Below are positions 51,229 through 62,198 of a stretch of DNA of 64,000 nucleotides, in pieces. The notes beneath the pieces were generated by a model, which worked only from the letters and a program-made list of their open reading frames with translations, ran no database searches and was not told where the DNA came from. Position 1 is the first letter of the stretch. Each line of letters begins with the position of its first letter. The DNA is from a bacterium (GTDB taxonomy: Bacteria > Electryoneota > JAOADG01). Location of the stretch: assembly GCA_026417415.1 (NCBI GenBank), contig JAOADG010000008.1:515432-579431 (forward strand), given 5' to 3'. The position numbers and the translations under genes are program-made.

Positions 51229-53141
51229 TATTTGTAACTCCGTTGTGAAGGTTTTACATATTCAAAGATTAATGGTTCTTTATGAAAATTGGGTTTTAAA
51301 TTAGGACCATTATATTCCCACACAGAAACATGACTGTAATTTTCATCGTCTCGTTTGGCTTCACCTTCTTCTGTTTGCGATTCTTCACGAAAATGTCCAC
51401 CACAAGATTCTCGACGTTCTAAAGCATCCAATGTTAGTAATTCTGCAAAATCAAGAAAATCAGCAACTCGTTTGGCTTTTTCTAAAGTTTGGTTGAAATC
51501 ATTGCTAACCCCAGTAACTTTTACATTTTTCCAAAATTCATCGCGAATTTCAGGAATTTTTTCAAGTGCGTATTTTAGCCCTTTTTCGTTTCTTGACATT
51601 CCAACATAATCCCACATAATTTGACCAAGTTGACGATGAAAATCATCTACTGTACGATTTCCTTGAATAGACATTAATCGCTGGATAGTTTGTTCAATTT
51701 CTTTTTCAGCATCACTAAATGCAAGATGAGTTTCATCAATTTTTGAAAACGTGTTGGATGCAAAGTAGTGACCAATAGTGTAGGGGATAATAAAATAGCC
51801 GTCCGCGAGACCTTGCATGAGTGCGCTCGCACCCAAACGATTGGCGCCGTGATCACTAAAATTGGCTTCACCTAAAACAAATAAACCGGGCAAAGTGCTC
51901 ATTAAATTATAGTCCACCCAAATACCACCCATTGTATAATGGATGGCTGGATAGATCATCATGGGTTCTTCATAAGGATTAACACCAGTAATTTTTTCAT
52001 ACATATCAAATAGATTGCCATATCTCTCTTCAATCACTTTTTTCCCTAACCGTTTGATTGCATCACTAAAATCTAAATACACTGCAAGCTTCGTAGTACC
52101 TACCCCTAATCCTTTATCACAGACCTCTTTTGCATTTCTTGAAGCAACATCACGTGGAACTAAGTTGCCAAAACTTGGATACTTTTCTTCTAAAAAATAA
52201 TATCGTTCATCTTCTGGGATTTCGCTCGGTTTACGTGTATCTCCTTGTTTACGCGGAACCCAGACTCTTCCATCGTTTCGTAAACTTTCACTCATCAGTG
52301 TTAATTTAGATTGGTAATCGCCATGAACAGGAATACATGTCGGATGAATTTGTGTGAAACAAGGATTGGCAAAAGCAGCACCGCGTTTGTATGCTGCCCA
52401 AGCAGCAGACACATTGCAATTCATTGCATTAGTAGAAAGGAAATAAGCGTTACCATACCCGCCTGTGCAAAGTAAAACAGCATGTGCTGAATACGATTCG
52501 AATTTTCCATTGATTAGATTTCGTACCACAATTCCGCGTGCTTTCCCATCAATAACCACAATATCCACAAGTTCTCTTCTGGTAAACAAACTAACCGATC
52601 CATTTGCTATTTCTTTCATCATAGCACTATAAGCACCAAGCAATAATTGTTGTCCAGTTTGACCACGTGCATAAAAAGTTCTCGATACTTGTGCACCTCC
52701 AAAACTTCGATTTTCTAACAGACCACCATATTCTCTAGCAAAAGGAACACCCTGAGCAACGCACTGATCAATAATATGATTGCTTATTTCTGCAAGTCGG
52801 TAAACGTTTGCTTCTCGAGCACGATAATCACCACCTTTAACAGTGTCATAAAACAATCTCCAAATTGAATCTCCATCATTGGGGTAGTTTTTTGCAGCAT
52901 TAATTCCTCCTTGAGCAGCAATGCTATGTGCTCTTCGTGGTGTGTCGTGTAAAGTAAATACTTTGACTTGATACCCAAGTTCTGATAATGATGCTGCCGC
53001 AGATGAACCTGCTAAACCAGTACCAACAACGATGATTTGATATTTTCGTTTGTTGGCTGGATTGACTAATTTCATTTCAAAACGATGGTTAGACCATTTG
53101 GTGGTGATATGACCCGAAGGAACTTTTGAATCAAGGTTCAT
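51228..53141 (-). CDS. sdhA: Succinate dehydrogenase / fumarate reductase flavoprotein subunit
   Basis: [17 protein letters not shown]-binding fold, the [13 protein letters not shown] covalent-FAD His region, and 637 aa. Confidence 0.9.
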   Translation of the reverse strand: MNLDSKVPSGHITTKWSNHRFEMKLVNPANKRKYQIIVVGTGLAGSSAAASLSELGYQVKVFTLHDTPRRAHSIAAQGGINAAKNYPNDGDSIWRLFYDTVKGGDYRAREANVYRLAEISNHIIDQCVAQGVPFAREYGGLLENRSFGGAQVSRTFYARGQTGQQLLLGAYSAMMKEIANGSVSLFTRRELVDIVVIDGKARGIVVRNLINGKFESYSAHAVLLCTGGYGNAYFLSTNAMNCNVSAAWAAYKRGAAFANPCFTQIHPTCIPVHGDYQSKLTLMSESLRNDGRVWVPRKQGDTRKPSEIPEDERYYFLEEKYPSFGNLVPRDVASRNAKEVCDKGLGVGTTKLAVYLDFSDAIKRLGKKVIEERYGNLFDMYEKITGVNPYEEPMMIYPAIHYTMGGIWVDYNLMSTLPGLFVLGEANFSDHGANRLGASALMQGLADGYFIIPYTIGHYFASNTFSKIDETHLAFSDAEKEIEQTIQRLMSIQGNRTVDDFHRQLGQIMWDYVGMSRNEKGLKYALEKIPEIRDEFWKNVKVTGVSNDFNQTLEKAKRVADFLDFAELLTLDALERRESCGGHFREESQTEEGEAKRDDENYSHVSVWEYNGPNLKPNFHKEPLIFEYVKPSQRSYK

Positions 53142-53150
53142 ATTGAATCC

Positions 53151-53819
53151 TTATTTCGCTAATGTTACTGCGATAAATGGAATTGTCGCAAAACCAATTG
53201 CAAACAGGACACCTAAAACTTTGGCAAGTTTTTGTAACATTTTTGTATATTGAGTGTGAGTAACACCAATGGATTGAAATAAACTCCAAAACCCGTGGCT
53301 AATGTGCACTCCTAATACAATTACAGCAAAAATATAAAAAGAAAGTCGTGCAAAGTTTTTAAAAGAGTCGGATACATGCATGGCAAGCTGCCAGCCATCC
53401 CAACCTGACATATATTTGGTAATTGTGTAATCAAGCAAATGGATAATAAGAAATAGAAGTAAGATAAATCCTGTATAAGGCATTGTTTTACTAGCGAAAG
53501 TTTGACCACCACGGCTGTTTGAAACTGAATATTTTACATTTCTTGCTTTCCAATTTGAGAGCGTTAAAATGATTCCTAAAAAGATATGAGAAAGAAAAAT
53601 TAATGCTAAAATGAGTTCAGCGAAATAAATCAATGGTCCTGTGCCAGCAAGAAAATCTACGAATGCAGCAAATGTTTCATGACCAAAAATTAATGTAGAA
53701 TTACCACTTAAATGAAATACTAAAAAACCAAGCAACAAAAGCCCAGAAATGGCCATGTAAAACTTTTTACCCACTGAGGTTTTGAAAATTTCTATTAGTA
53801 AACTCATTTTAACTCCCAT
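53151..53819 (-). CDS. sdhC: Succinate dehydrogenase cytochrome b subunit (single-subunit, five-helix b558 type)
   Basis: 222 aa with five TM helices and conserved His residues in helices 1, 2, 4 and 5; it precedes sdhA-sdhB. Confidence 0.75.
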   Translation of the reverse strand: MGVKMSLLIEIFKTSVGKKFYMAISGLLLLGFLVFHLSGNSTLIFGHETFAAFVDFLAGTGPLIYFAELILALIFLSHIFLGIILTLSNWKARNVKYSVSNSRGGQTFASKTMPYTGFILLLFLIIHLLDYTITKYMSGWDGWQLAMHVSDSFKNFARLSFYIFAVIVLGVHISHGFWSLFQSIGVTHTQYTKMLQKLAKVLGVLFAIGFATIPFIAVTLAK

Positions 53820-53857
53820 AACCTGTTACTAGAGGAATGAGTGTTTTTGTAAATAAT

Positions 53858-54364
53858 TCAAAAGAACATTGATGACGTTCTTTTTTGAAGAAGTTTTACT
53901 AATTCCTCATAGGTGGTTTCTATGGATTCGCTAATGATTCTTGTGTCGGTCAAAATGGGCATAAAATTGGTATCCCCTAACCAACGTGGAACAATGTGTT
54001 GGTGTAAATGTTCAGTGATGCCTGCACCTGCTACCATTCCTAAATTCATTCCGATGTTGAACCCTTGAGGATGGCAAAATTCTGTTAAAATTTGGCAACT
54101 TAAACGGATAAAATGGTTAATTTCAAGTAGTTCATCGTTTGTAATCTTTGATAAATCTGCAGTATGTTGAAATGGGACAACCATTAAATGTCCATTTGTA
54201 TAAGGGAATTTGTTCATCATAACAAAACTAAACTTCCCTCTGGCCAAAATGAGATTCACCTTGTCGCTTTTCTCGTTTTGAATTTTGCAAAACAAGCATG
54301 GAGCATTTTCTTCATGTGCAGAACGAATGTAGGCCATTCGCCAAGGTGCCCATAACTGTTTCAC
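53858..54364 (-). CDS. HIT-family nucleotide hydrolase/transferase
   Basis: HLHQHIVPR histidine triad (HxHxHxx) and CLFCKI near the N-terminus. Confidence 0.75.
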   Translation of the reverse strand: MKQLWAPWRMAYIRSAHEENAPCLFCKIQNEKSDKVNLILARGKFSFVMMNKFPYTNGHLMVVPFQHTADLSKITNDELLEINHFIRLSCQILTEFCHPQGFNIGMNLGMVAGAGITEHLHQHIVPRWLGDTNFMPILTDTRIISESIETTYEELVKLLQKRTSSMFF

Positions 54365-54396
54365 TGATTATCCTCGATGTGATACAATTTTATAAT

Positions 54397-56484
54397 TTAT
54401 TCTTCTTCTACTACTTGTCCAGAACGTTTGGCTTGATATTGTTCTTCAAGTTTCTTTTGAATTTCTGGTGGTACTTCTTCATAATGTGAAAACTTTACAC
54501 GGAAAAAACCGCGACCGCCAGTCATAGAGCGTAAAACCATAGAATATTTCATGATCTCTGCTTGTGGTATTTTGGCACGTATTTGTTGATAATGTCCAAT
54601 TGAATCCATACCGATAATTTTACCTCGTCGTGAAGAAAGATCACCCATAACGTCGCCCATATAGGCCTCTGGAACTTTTACTTCCAAGTCGAATATAGGT
54701 TCTAAAACGACAGGTTTTGCTTTAAGTGCAGCCTCGCGGAATCCTTTGCTACCAGCCAATTTGAACGCAGTTTCGGAAGAATCTACTGGATGCTCTTTTC
54801 CATCAAATAGCGTAGCTTTAACACCAATAACAGGATAACCAGCAATTACCCCTTTTTTCATTGCTTCCGCGATACCTTTTTCTACTGCAGGAATAAACTT
54901 TCCTCCCACGACACCGCCGACGATTGCATCCACGAATTCTAATGGTTCACCTTCGCGATCTTTAGGTTCAATTCGTATCACAGCGATTGCAAATTGGCCT
55001 CGTCCACCCGTTTGTTTTTTATGTTTTCCTTCTGCTTCTGCTGTAGTTCTAATAGCTTCACGATATGGTATTTTGGGTTCATTTGTTTCTAATTCTATAC
55101 CAACTTTTTCTTTTAAGGTCGCAAGACAAACTGCCAAATGAATATCTCCTTGACCACTAATTATCGTTTGTCCCAATTCAGTGTCTTGATGATAGAGAAA
55201 AGTCGGGTCTTCAAAATGAACTTGTGATAATCCACTAGAAAGTTTGTCTTCATCACCTTTAGTTTTGCATTCAATTGCTAAGTGATAAACAGGCGGTGGA
55301 AACTCAATTCTCTTTAACTGGACCAAATCGTTCGGGTCACATAAAGTGTCACCAGTAATAGTTTCTTTTAGTTTAATAGTTCCAGCCAATTCACCGACCG
55401 AAACAGAATCTACCAATTTGCGATTTTTACCATTGAGTAAAAATAAAGAATTGATTTTTTCAACTTTTCCAGTACGGGCATTAACCAGTTCATCACCTGT
55501 TTTAACAGTTCCAGCCCATACACGAAATACTGAAATATCTCCTACATGCGTTTCATTCATGGATTTAAATACTTGTAGTAGTGCAGGTGCGTTTAGTTCT
55601 TGTTTTCGTTCTACACCACTTTCACTCAATACTGGACCTGTTTCAATTGGAGAGGGACAAAATTCAATCAATAAATCCAGTAAATCATCAATACCCACTG
55701 TTCGTTTGGCAGAACCACATAATATCGGGTGTACTTTTCCTTTTAGGATACCCAAGCGAATTCCTTTATCCAATTCTTCGTCCGTGAGCTCACCTGATTC
55801 AAAATACTTTTCAATGAGTTCATCATCAGCTTCAGCAGCATATTCTATTAATTCTTTTCTTAAAGTTTCTACTTTTTCTTGATATTCTGCGGGAATATCT
55901 TTAATGGTAGCTTTTCCACTGGTATCATTCCATACCAACAATTTCTTTTGAACTATATCAATGATTTGATGAAAAGTTTCCTTACCTACACCAATAGGAT
56001 ACTGCAATGCAACACACCCATTTCCATAACTTTCACGAATTTGATGATAAACCTTATCAAAATCAGCATTTTCGCGATCTAAACAATTCACGAAAAAACA
56101 AAATCCAATTCCTCGTTCTTTCGCAGCTTCAACTGCGTGATCCGTACCTACTTCCACACCACCGACACCATGTACCACCGTTAAGACCACATCTGCAGCA
56201 CGCATTGCACACCTTACTTCGCCAATAAAATCGGCAAAGCCGGGTGTATCCAAAAGATTAATCCGATGTTTATGCCATTCAGTTGTTAGTAGTGTAGTTT
56301 GGATGGATATTTTGCGTTCAATTTCTTCTTTGTGAAAGTCAGATTGAGTGTTACCATCGTCCACCGAACCTTGACGATTAATAGCACCCGAAGTAAAAAG
56401 GATGGATTCAACTAATGTAGTTTTACCTGAACCACTGTGGCCAGCAAGAACGATATTCCGAATATGATCTGCAGAAAAAGACAA
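54397..56484 (-). CDS. Elongation factor G paralogue with non-canonical GTPase motifs
   Basis: Five-domain EF-G architecture (695 aa) that aligns to EF-G throughout. G1 is AGHSGSGKTT, switch II is DTPGFADF (Phe in place of the catalytic His), and G4 is VNCLD (Cys in place of the Lys of NKxD). Confidence 0.8.
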   Translation of the reverse strand: MSFSADHIRNIVLAGHSGSGKTTLVESILFTSGAINRQGSVDDGNTQSDFHKEEIERKISIQTTLLTTEWHKHRINLLDTPGFADFIGEVRCAMRAADVVLTVVHGVGGVEVGTDHAVEAAKERGIGFCFFVNCLDRENADFDKVYHQIRESYGNGCVALQYPIGVGKETFHQIIDIVQKKLLVWNDTSGKATIKDIPAEYQEKVETLRKELIEYAAEADDELIEKYFESGELTDEELDKGIRLGILKGKVHPILCGSAKRTVGIDDLLDLLIEFCPSPIETGPVLSESGVERKQELNAPALLQVFKSMNETHVGDISVFRVWAGTVKTGDELVNARTGKVEKINSLFLLNGKNRKLVDSVSVGELAGTIKLKETITGDTLCDPNDLVQLKRIEFPPPVYHLAIECKTKGDEDKLSSGLSQVHFEDPTFLYHQDTELGQTIISGQGDIHLAVCLATLKEKVGIELETNEPKIPYREAIRTTAEAEGKHKKQTGGRGQFAIAVIRIEPKDREGEPLEFVDAIVGGVVGGKFIPAVEKGIAEAMKKGVIAGYPVIGVKATLFDGKEHPVDSSETAFKLAGSKGFREAALKAKPVVLEPIFDLEVKVPEAYMGDVMGDLSSRRGKIIGMDSIGHYQQIRAKIPQAEIMKYSMVLRSMTGGRGFFRVKFSHYEEVPPEIQKKLEEQYQAKRSGQVVEEE

Positions 56485-56678
56485 GTTGCCTCCTATTATT
56501 GAAAGGAATACATTGAAAATATAGGGAACCTACTTCCGATAGAATGTAATGTTCCAATGAAAAGAATTTTCGAATTGAAAGAAAATTTAATGAAGAAATT
56601 ACTTTAGGAAATAAGGTTTCTAAAATCACAAACAATTCATCCTAAGCGTACCCAATATAAACAACTTCAGGGTTGTAT

Positions 56679-56708
56679 AAAAACATCCTTGAAAAGACGT
56701 CTATTCAA
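56679..56708 (-). terminator. Putative weak terminator for thrS
   Basis: TTGAATAGAC/GTCTTTTCAA imperfect hairpin on the minus-strand transcript, followed by GGAUGUUUUUAU. Confidence 0.3.
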
Positions 56709-56727
56709 TATAAGAAAATAAATACTA

Positions 56728-58644
56728 TTATTCACCTAAGGTATAAATATTTTTCCGCAGTTTAATTTCATTGAAAAGTTGCAATTTGATTTCATTAAAT
56801 GAAAAACTACCTAAATCTCCTTTTCCTAATTTTCTAATGGCAACTTTATTCGTTTCTGCTTCTCGACCACCAACAACAAACAAATAGGGTACTTTTTTAT
56901 TTTGATTATCTCGAATTCGGTAATTTAAAGATTCTTCACGTGCATCTAATTTTACACGAATACCCATCTTGAAAAGCTCTGAATAGATTGATTTAGCATA
57001 ATCAATATGTTTTTCTGAAGATATGGGTATCACAACAACTTGTACAGGGGATAACCAAGTCGGAAAAGCCCCTCCATAATGTTCAATTAATATCCCAATA
57101 AACCTTTCTAAACTTCCCAAAATAGCACGATGGATCATAACAGGACGATGTTTTTGTCCATCTTTTCCTGTATATTCCATATCAAATCGTTCAGGCATGG
57201 AAAAATCCACTTGAATCGTTCCACATTGCCAAGTTCTTCGCAATGCATCTCGGATATGAAAATCTATTTTAGGACCATAGAATGCGCCTTCACCATGATT
57301 GACCTTGTATTTCACTCCTTTTTGGTTAAGAACATTCGCAAGTGCTAGTTCAGCTTTTTCCCACATTTCGTCAGACCCGATGGATTTCATAGGTCTAGTG
57401 GACAGTTCAATGTCATAATTTGTAAAACCAAGTCCATGATAGATTTCTTCTAATAATTTCATTACCCCACTAACTTCTGTTTCCAACTGTTCAGGCGTAC
57501 AGTAAATGTGTGCATCATCTTGGGTAAAACTTCTTACACGGAACAAACCCGATAGAACTCCAGATTTTTCATGGCGATGTACATGACCCAATTCAGCCAT
57601 TCGTATAGGTAAATCGCGATAACTCCACATAGAAGAACGGTAAACCAAAGTTCCACCAGGACAATTCATTGGTTTAACAGCAAAATCTTTGTCATCTATT
57701 TTTGTGAAGTACATATTCTCACGATAATGTTCCCAATGTCCGGATTGATGCCATAAAGTATCACTTAAAATCATTGGTGTCTTAATTTCTTCATATCCAA
57801 ATTCACGATGTTTTTCGCGCCAGAAATCAACTATTGCATTGTATAAAATGGTTCCATTGGGATGCCAAAAGGGAAATCCTAACCCTTCGATATGAAAAGA
57901 AAAAAGGTCAAGTTCTTTACCAAGGTTTCTATGATCACGTTTTTTGGCTTCTTCTACTATTTTTAAGTAGTCATCTAAATCTTCTTTTCGCCAAAATGCA
58001 GTTCCGTAAAGTCGTTGTAACATTTCACGTTTTTCATCACCGCGCCAATAAGCACCAGCCACACTTAGAATTTTAAATGCAGGAACTAAACCCGTATTCG
58101 GTAAATGAGGTCCTCTACAAAGATCCACAAATTCGCCTTGTGAATAAAAACTAAATATCTCGCTGTCTAGAGTTTCTACTAATTCGTTTTTGTATTTTGC
58201 GCGTTGTTTTGAAAGAATTTCTAATGCCCCTTGTTTGTTTGTTTCGATTCGTTGGATAATTAACTTTTCTTGAATGATTTTTTGCATTTCTTGTTCAATT
58301 AGTGGAAAATCATCAGGTGAGAAAATGTGCTCTAAGTCGAAATCGTAATAGAAGCCATCCTGTATTACAGGACCTATTGCAAATTCAACATTTGGAAATA
58401 AACGATTCACTGCTTGTGCCATAATGTGAGCAGTTGTATGTCGTAAAATTTCTAAACCTTCCTCAGAGTTTGAATATACTAACTCAAATTCACCTTCTTC
58501 GCGAATAGGTGTTTGTAAATCGTAAAACGTATTTCCATTTCTAACACCTATTACATCCTTAATGTCTAAATCAGAAAGAGCGTTTCTGACTGTTTCATTG
58601 ATTGAAAATTGAATACGATTTCCATTTTTCAAAATAACAGGCAT
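56728..58644 (-). CDS. thrS: Threonine--tRNA ligase
   Basis: N-terminal TGS domain, class II motifs 2 and 3 (HRAILGSLERFIGILIEHY), 638 aa. Confidence 0.9.
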   Translation of the reverse strand: MPVILKNGNRIQFSINETVRNALSDLDIKDVIGVRNGNTFYDLQTPIREEGEFELVYSNSEEGLEILRHTTAHIMAQAVNRLFPNVEFAIGPVIQDGFYYDFDLEHIFSPDDFPLIEQEMQKIIQEKLIIQRIETNKQGALEILSKQRAKYKNELVETLDSEIFSFYSQGEFVDLCRGPHLPNTGLVPAFKILSVAGAYWRGDEKREMLQRLYGTAFWRKEDLDDYLKIVEEAKKRDHRNLGKELDLFSFHIEGLGFPFWHPNGTILYNAIVDFWREKHREFGYEEIKTPMILSDTLWHQSGHWEHYRENMYFTKIDDKDFAVKPMNCPGGTLVYRSSMWSYRDLPIRMAELGHVHRHEKSGVLSGLFRVRSFTQDDAHIYCTPEQLETEVSGVMKLLEEIYHGLGFTNYDIELSTRPMKSIGSDEMWEKAELALANVLNQKGVKYKVNHGEGAFYGPKIDFHIRDALRRTWQCGTIQVDFSMPERFDMEYTGKDGQKHRPVMIHRAILGSLERFIGILIEHYGGAFPTWLSPVQVVVIPISSEKHIDYAKSIYSELFKMGIRVKLDAREESLNYRIRDNQNKKVPYLFVVGGREAETNKVAIRKLGKGDLGSFSFNEIKLQLFNEIKLRKNIYTLGE

Positions 58645-58675
58645 AAATTCCTCTTGAGTATAAATTGGTTACACG

Positions 58676-58702
58676 AAAAAGGGCTACCTATACGGTAGCC
58701 CT
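58676..58702 (-). terminator. Rho-independent terminator of the S8 protease gene
   Basis: Minus-strand AGGGCTACC-GTATA-GGTAGCCCT followed by UUUUU (plus-strand AAAAA at 58676..58680). Confidence 0.65.
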
Positions 58703-58721
58703 CGTTTCAATACAATAGAAG

Positions 58722-61355
58722 CTACCGTAAGTAAAGAGCTTTTCGTGTTGTTGTGAAACCACTTCTTGAAGTGATATGGAATAGATAAATTCCACTGCTG
58801 AAATTCGTCAAATTGACCTCAATTTTATATTCACCACTTGAAGAAATGTGATACGTATTAGAAGATACCAATCTTCCTGTAATGTCAAAAATGGATAAAT
58901 GAATATCGTCTTTATTAGGTGTCTGTACTGTAAAACTTGCTGTAGAATTAAAGGGATTTGGGTATATGTCACTAACTAGACATGTGGTTGGGATAGTGAT
59001 GTAGGGTTCTTTTGTTGATGAAGGAGCGCTGAAATAGTTTGAAATAGAAGTTAGCAGTTCCATTAAACCGACTGTTTGTGCAGTGCTTGAAATAGCTTCT
59101 AAGGCAACACTAAATAACACTAGTTTTCCATTTCCAATCTGTCTATAAACTCCACACGCTTCACTGGTACTACCTAAAGTATATGCAACTCCAGTCCCAG
59201 GAGAAGGGGTCATTGTACTCTGAGAGAAACGACCATTGCCTGCACCTTGACTCCCCGTCAAATAAAGACGCCCGACACCAAAAGGTGCATTTGTGACAGG
59301 TTCTATAGTCCATTGTAATGCAGAAGTTTGTAAAACCTCAGCTCCAACGATTTGAGACATAAAATTTTGTGCTTGTAAATCTTCTGGTAAATTTTGGGAA
59401 GAAATAAGGATTTTACCACCATTGTTTAGATAGTTTGTAATCATCATTTGATCGTATGCATCAATAGTGCTCGTTGCATTTCCAGTGTACCAAATAACCC
59501 ATTGAAATTGTTCCATAAATCCCTGTGGTAAAGATCCTGTAGAGTACATATCAAAATATTCAAATGTACGATTCATATTAGAAAGAGCATTACGATAGAA
59601 AGATTCAAAATTTGAACCTTCATCATCATCTACTAAAAGAACTTCGGGCCATCCAACGAAATAGGTGAAATGAGTTTCGTAAGCATAATCGCCCGGCTGA
59701 GCAAAAATTTGTACCCGAAATGTCACATTTCTTTGCGGTGAATTTGCGGCAACAAATAATGAAAAGGGTGTATTTTCATTATTCCAACTAGAACCTGCAT
59801 TCAAGGTTCCAACAATTCTTGTTGAAGGGTTTACTGTAACATTAGCATCTAAAGGTGTCACAGTAATCCAACAACTGTCAGCATCTGCATATCCAGCTTC
59901 AGCGTGGATATAAAGCGAGAGTAAACCATTTTCACCCGGCTCTAATCTACCATCCTCATCGCCTTGATCTTCAATTATGTAATTCGTAAGTGTAATGTTA
60001 GGTACATTTAACATTTCCATAGCTGCAAGTGCATTAATGCGTCCTGCACCTAATAAACCTACATAATTGGGATTGATTGCATCTATATTGTCTGCACTAC
60101 TTAAAAGAACATGAACGACCTCTTGATTAGATGCAGATAAAATTCTTGATTTGATTAATGCAGCAAGCCCTGCTGCAAATGGGCAAGCCATGGAAGTACC
60201 TGACATATAGGTATAACTATTGGTAGGAACCGTTGACATGATATTAGATCCGGGAGCGCAAATATCTACCCAAGTGCCATAATTGGAAAATGATGATTTT
60301 TGGTCATTTGAACTTGTTGAAGCCACTGCTACAACATTATTTAAAGCAGAGGGGTAGTGTAAAGTGGATACATTATCATTTCCAGCAGCTGCTAAAATCA
60401 CGCAATTTCTTGCCCAAGCATAATTTATCACTTGTTGTTCATTTGGACCTGCAGAATTGCCACCCCAAGATAAACTAATAACATCGGCAAGTTTATTTGC
60501 GGCAAACACAATTCCATCATAACCATCGGTAATATATTGTTGTGCACCTGCACGTACTGCCATAATCTTACAGTTATAACCTAATGATGCGATTCCAGTA
60601 GCATTGTTGGTTTTTGCACTTGCGATACCCGCGCAATGTGTGCCATGTGATGAATTAGTCGGATTGGGACTTGGATCACCATCATTATCTACAACATCTG
60701 CACCATGAAAATTATCTACGAACCCATCCATATCATCGTCAATGTTGTTTCGCTCATTGGTTTCAATAACTCCGTTTCCATTTAGATCTTCACCAGGATT
60801 CACCCATAAATTAGGAGATAAATCAGGATGTGTTAATTGTACGCCTGTATCCACAATCGCAACGATAACCGATGGATCCCCTGTTGAATAATCATGAGCT
60901 AAATTTGAATTTACACGGGTTAAACCCCATTGCTGATTAAATCGCGGATCATTATACTGTAAATCAATGGTATAAATGTACTTGGGTTGTGCAAAAAGGA
61001 CTGACTTGCATTTTTCAAATTCGTATTGGACTTGTAAAACGTCTAAAGTAGAAGGAAAAGAAAATTCCCACCAAGTTCTCAATTCTATTCCACCAGCTTC
61101 TTCAGGAGGTAAAGCAATCGGGTAGCATTGTTCAGCCTCTTGAATGTTCAAGGAATGGATTAAAAATTGGATTTCTTGATCTGTGGAAGTTAAGTTTTTA
61201 AGTGTGTACCATTCTTCTGGAAGTCCACGGAATTGAACCAGTATTTTGCCCGTATAAAAATCAGCGCCAAATAGTCCACTAGTTAAGAAAACAATAGACA
61301 ATAACGAAAAGAAAATTCTCAGTCTGCAAGTCATTGATTCACCTCTTTTGTTCAA
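58722..61355 (-). CDS. Secreted subtilisin-like serine protease (S8) with a T9SS C-terminal sorting domain
   Basis: Asp/His/Ser triad motifs VAIVDTGV, HGTHCAGIAS and GTSMACPFAAGLAAL. The C-terminus reads DIYPNPFNSTASF...IFDITGRLV...SGIYLFHITS. Confidence 0.85.
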   Translation of the reverse strand: MNKRGESMTCRLRIFFSLLSIVFLTSGLFGADFYTGKILVQFRGLPEEWYTLKNLTSTDQEIQFLIHSLNIQEAEQCYPIALPPEEAGGIELRTWWEFSFPSTLDVLQVQYEFEKCKSVLFAQPKYIYTIDLQYNDPRFNQQWGLTRVNSNLAHDYSTGDPSVIVAIVDTGVQLTHPDLSPNLWVNPGEDLNGNGVIETNERNNIDDDMDGFVDNFHGADVVDNDGDPSPNPTNSSHGTHCAGIASAKTNNATGIASLGYNCKIMAVRAGAQQYITDGYDGIVFAANKLADVISLSWGGNSAGPNEQQVINYAWARNCVILAAAGNDNVSTLHYPSALNNVVAVASTSSNDQKSSFSNYGTWVDICAPGSNIMSTVPTNSYTYMSGTSMACPFAAGLAALIKSRILSASNQEVVHVLLSSADNIDAINPNYVGLLGAGRINALAAMEMLNVPNITLTNYIIEDQGDEDGRLEPGENGLLSLYIHAEAGYADADSCWITVTPLDANVTVNPSTRIVGTLNAGSSWNNENTPFSLFVAANSPQRNVTFRVQIFAQPGDYAYETHFTYFVGWPEVLLVDDDEGSNFESFYRNALSNMNRTFEYFDMYSTGSLPQGFMEQFQWVIWYTGNATSTIDAYDQMMITNYLNNGGKILISSQNLPEDLQAQNFMSQIVGAEVLQTSALQWTIEPVTNAPFGVGRLYLTGSQGAGNGRFSQSTMTPSPGTGVAYTLGSTSEACGVYRQIGNGKLVLFSVALEAISSTAQTVGLMELLTSISNYFSAPSSTKEPYITIPTTCLVSDIYPNPFNSTASFTVQTPNKDDIHLSIFDITGRLVSSNTYHISSSGEYKIEVNLTNFSSGIYLFHITSRSGFTTTRKALYLR

Positions 61356-61478
61356 TGCAAATTAACGTAATTTAGTTTAAAAAAAAATATCTTCATCACT
61401 TCAGTAAGAAAATGTCAGTTCTGAAGTTTGGGAAGAATTGTGCAATAAGAGTATATTTAACTTTTAAGTTGAAAAACG

Positions 61479-62189
61479 ATGGAAATAGAACACTTAAAAC
61501 AAAATTGGAATGTATTACAAACTGAGTTAGCTGAATTGCTTGAAAAGCTTAATCGTTCAAGGTTAAGTTGTAAAGTAATTGCAGTAACAAAAAATGTTGA
61601 TGTTATAACAATTCGGAATATCATCCAAATTGGTGCTGAACATATAGGAGAAAACAGAGTTCAGGAGGCGAAAAGTAAATTTGAAGTTTTGAAAAATTTG
61701 CCTTGTAATTGGCATTTTATAGGTACTTTACAAACTAATAAAGTAAAGTATGCACTAAAAATGTTTCAGTTCGTCCATTCAGTGGATCGTAAAGAACTTA
61801 TTGATACATTAGGAAAGTTAACAAACGAAAATCATATTCCTATAAATATATTTTTACAAGTTAATGTTTCTGGGAAACAAACACAAAGTGGATGCAATCC
61901 TGAAAATTTAGATTCTTTAATAGAATTTGTTTTACAATATCCCTACTTACACTTAGTTGGTTTGATGTGTATCGCATCACCTGTTGAAGAAGTAGGTGAA
62001 AAAACAGTTCGTAAACAATTTTCTCTTCTAGCCAATTATTTTACTTCAATTCAATCCAGATATAAATTGAACGGTTTTTCTGAATTGTCAATGGGAATGA
62101 GTGGTGATTGGAAATTAGCAGTTTTAGAGGGTGCTACCTTTATTAGAATTGGTACAGCTATATTTGGTGAACGGCAATTAAAAGGATGA
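61479..62189 (+). CDS. yggS: YggS/PLPHP-family pyridoxal-phosphate homeostasis protein
   Basis: Single-domain alanine-racemase N-terminal (TIM barrel) fold: KVIAVTKNV...HIGENRVQEAK...HFIGTLQTNKVK... and 236 aa. Confidence 0.8.
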   Translation: MEIEHLKQNWNVLQTELAELLEKLNRSRLSCKVIAVTKNVDVITIRNIIQIGAEHIGENRVQEAKSKFEVLKNLPCNWHFIGTLQTNKVKYALKMFQFVHSVDRKELIDTLGKLTNENHIPINIFLQVNVSGKQTQSGCNPENLDSLIEFVLQYPYLHLVGLMCIASPVEEVGEKTVRKQFSLLANYFTSIQSRYKLNGFSELSMGMSGDWKLAVLEGATFIRIGTAIFGERQLKG

Positions 62190-62198
62190 CGACTTCAA

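Noticed and set aside
55346-56228. Several plus-strand ORFs (a 178-aa Ser-rich product and others) inside the EF-G paralogue gene
   Set aside because: They are antisense to a strongly supported 695-aa coding sequence and are compositionally biased, so they are spurious.
58645-58721. Possible T-box or leader structure upstream of thrS
   Set aside because: The interval is only 77 nt and is largely occupied by the terminator hairpin of the upstream protease gene, so there is no room for a T-box specifier/antiterminator.
61397-61427. Inverted repeat ACTTCAG ... CTGAAGT in the divergent S8-protease / yggS promoter region
   Set aside because: It has only a 7-bp stem with a 16-nt loop and no flanking U-run. 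It is too weak to call an operator or terminator without comparative support.
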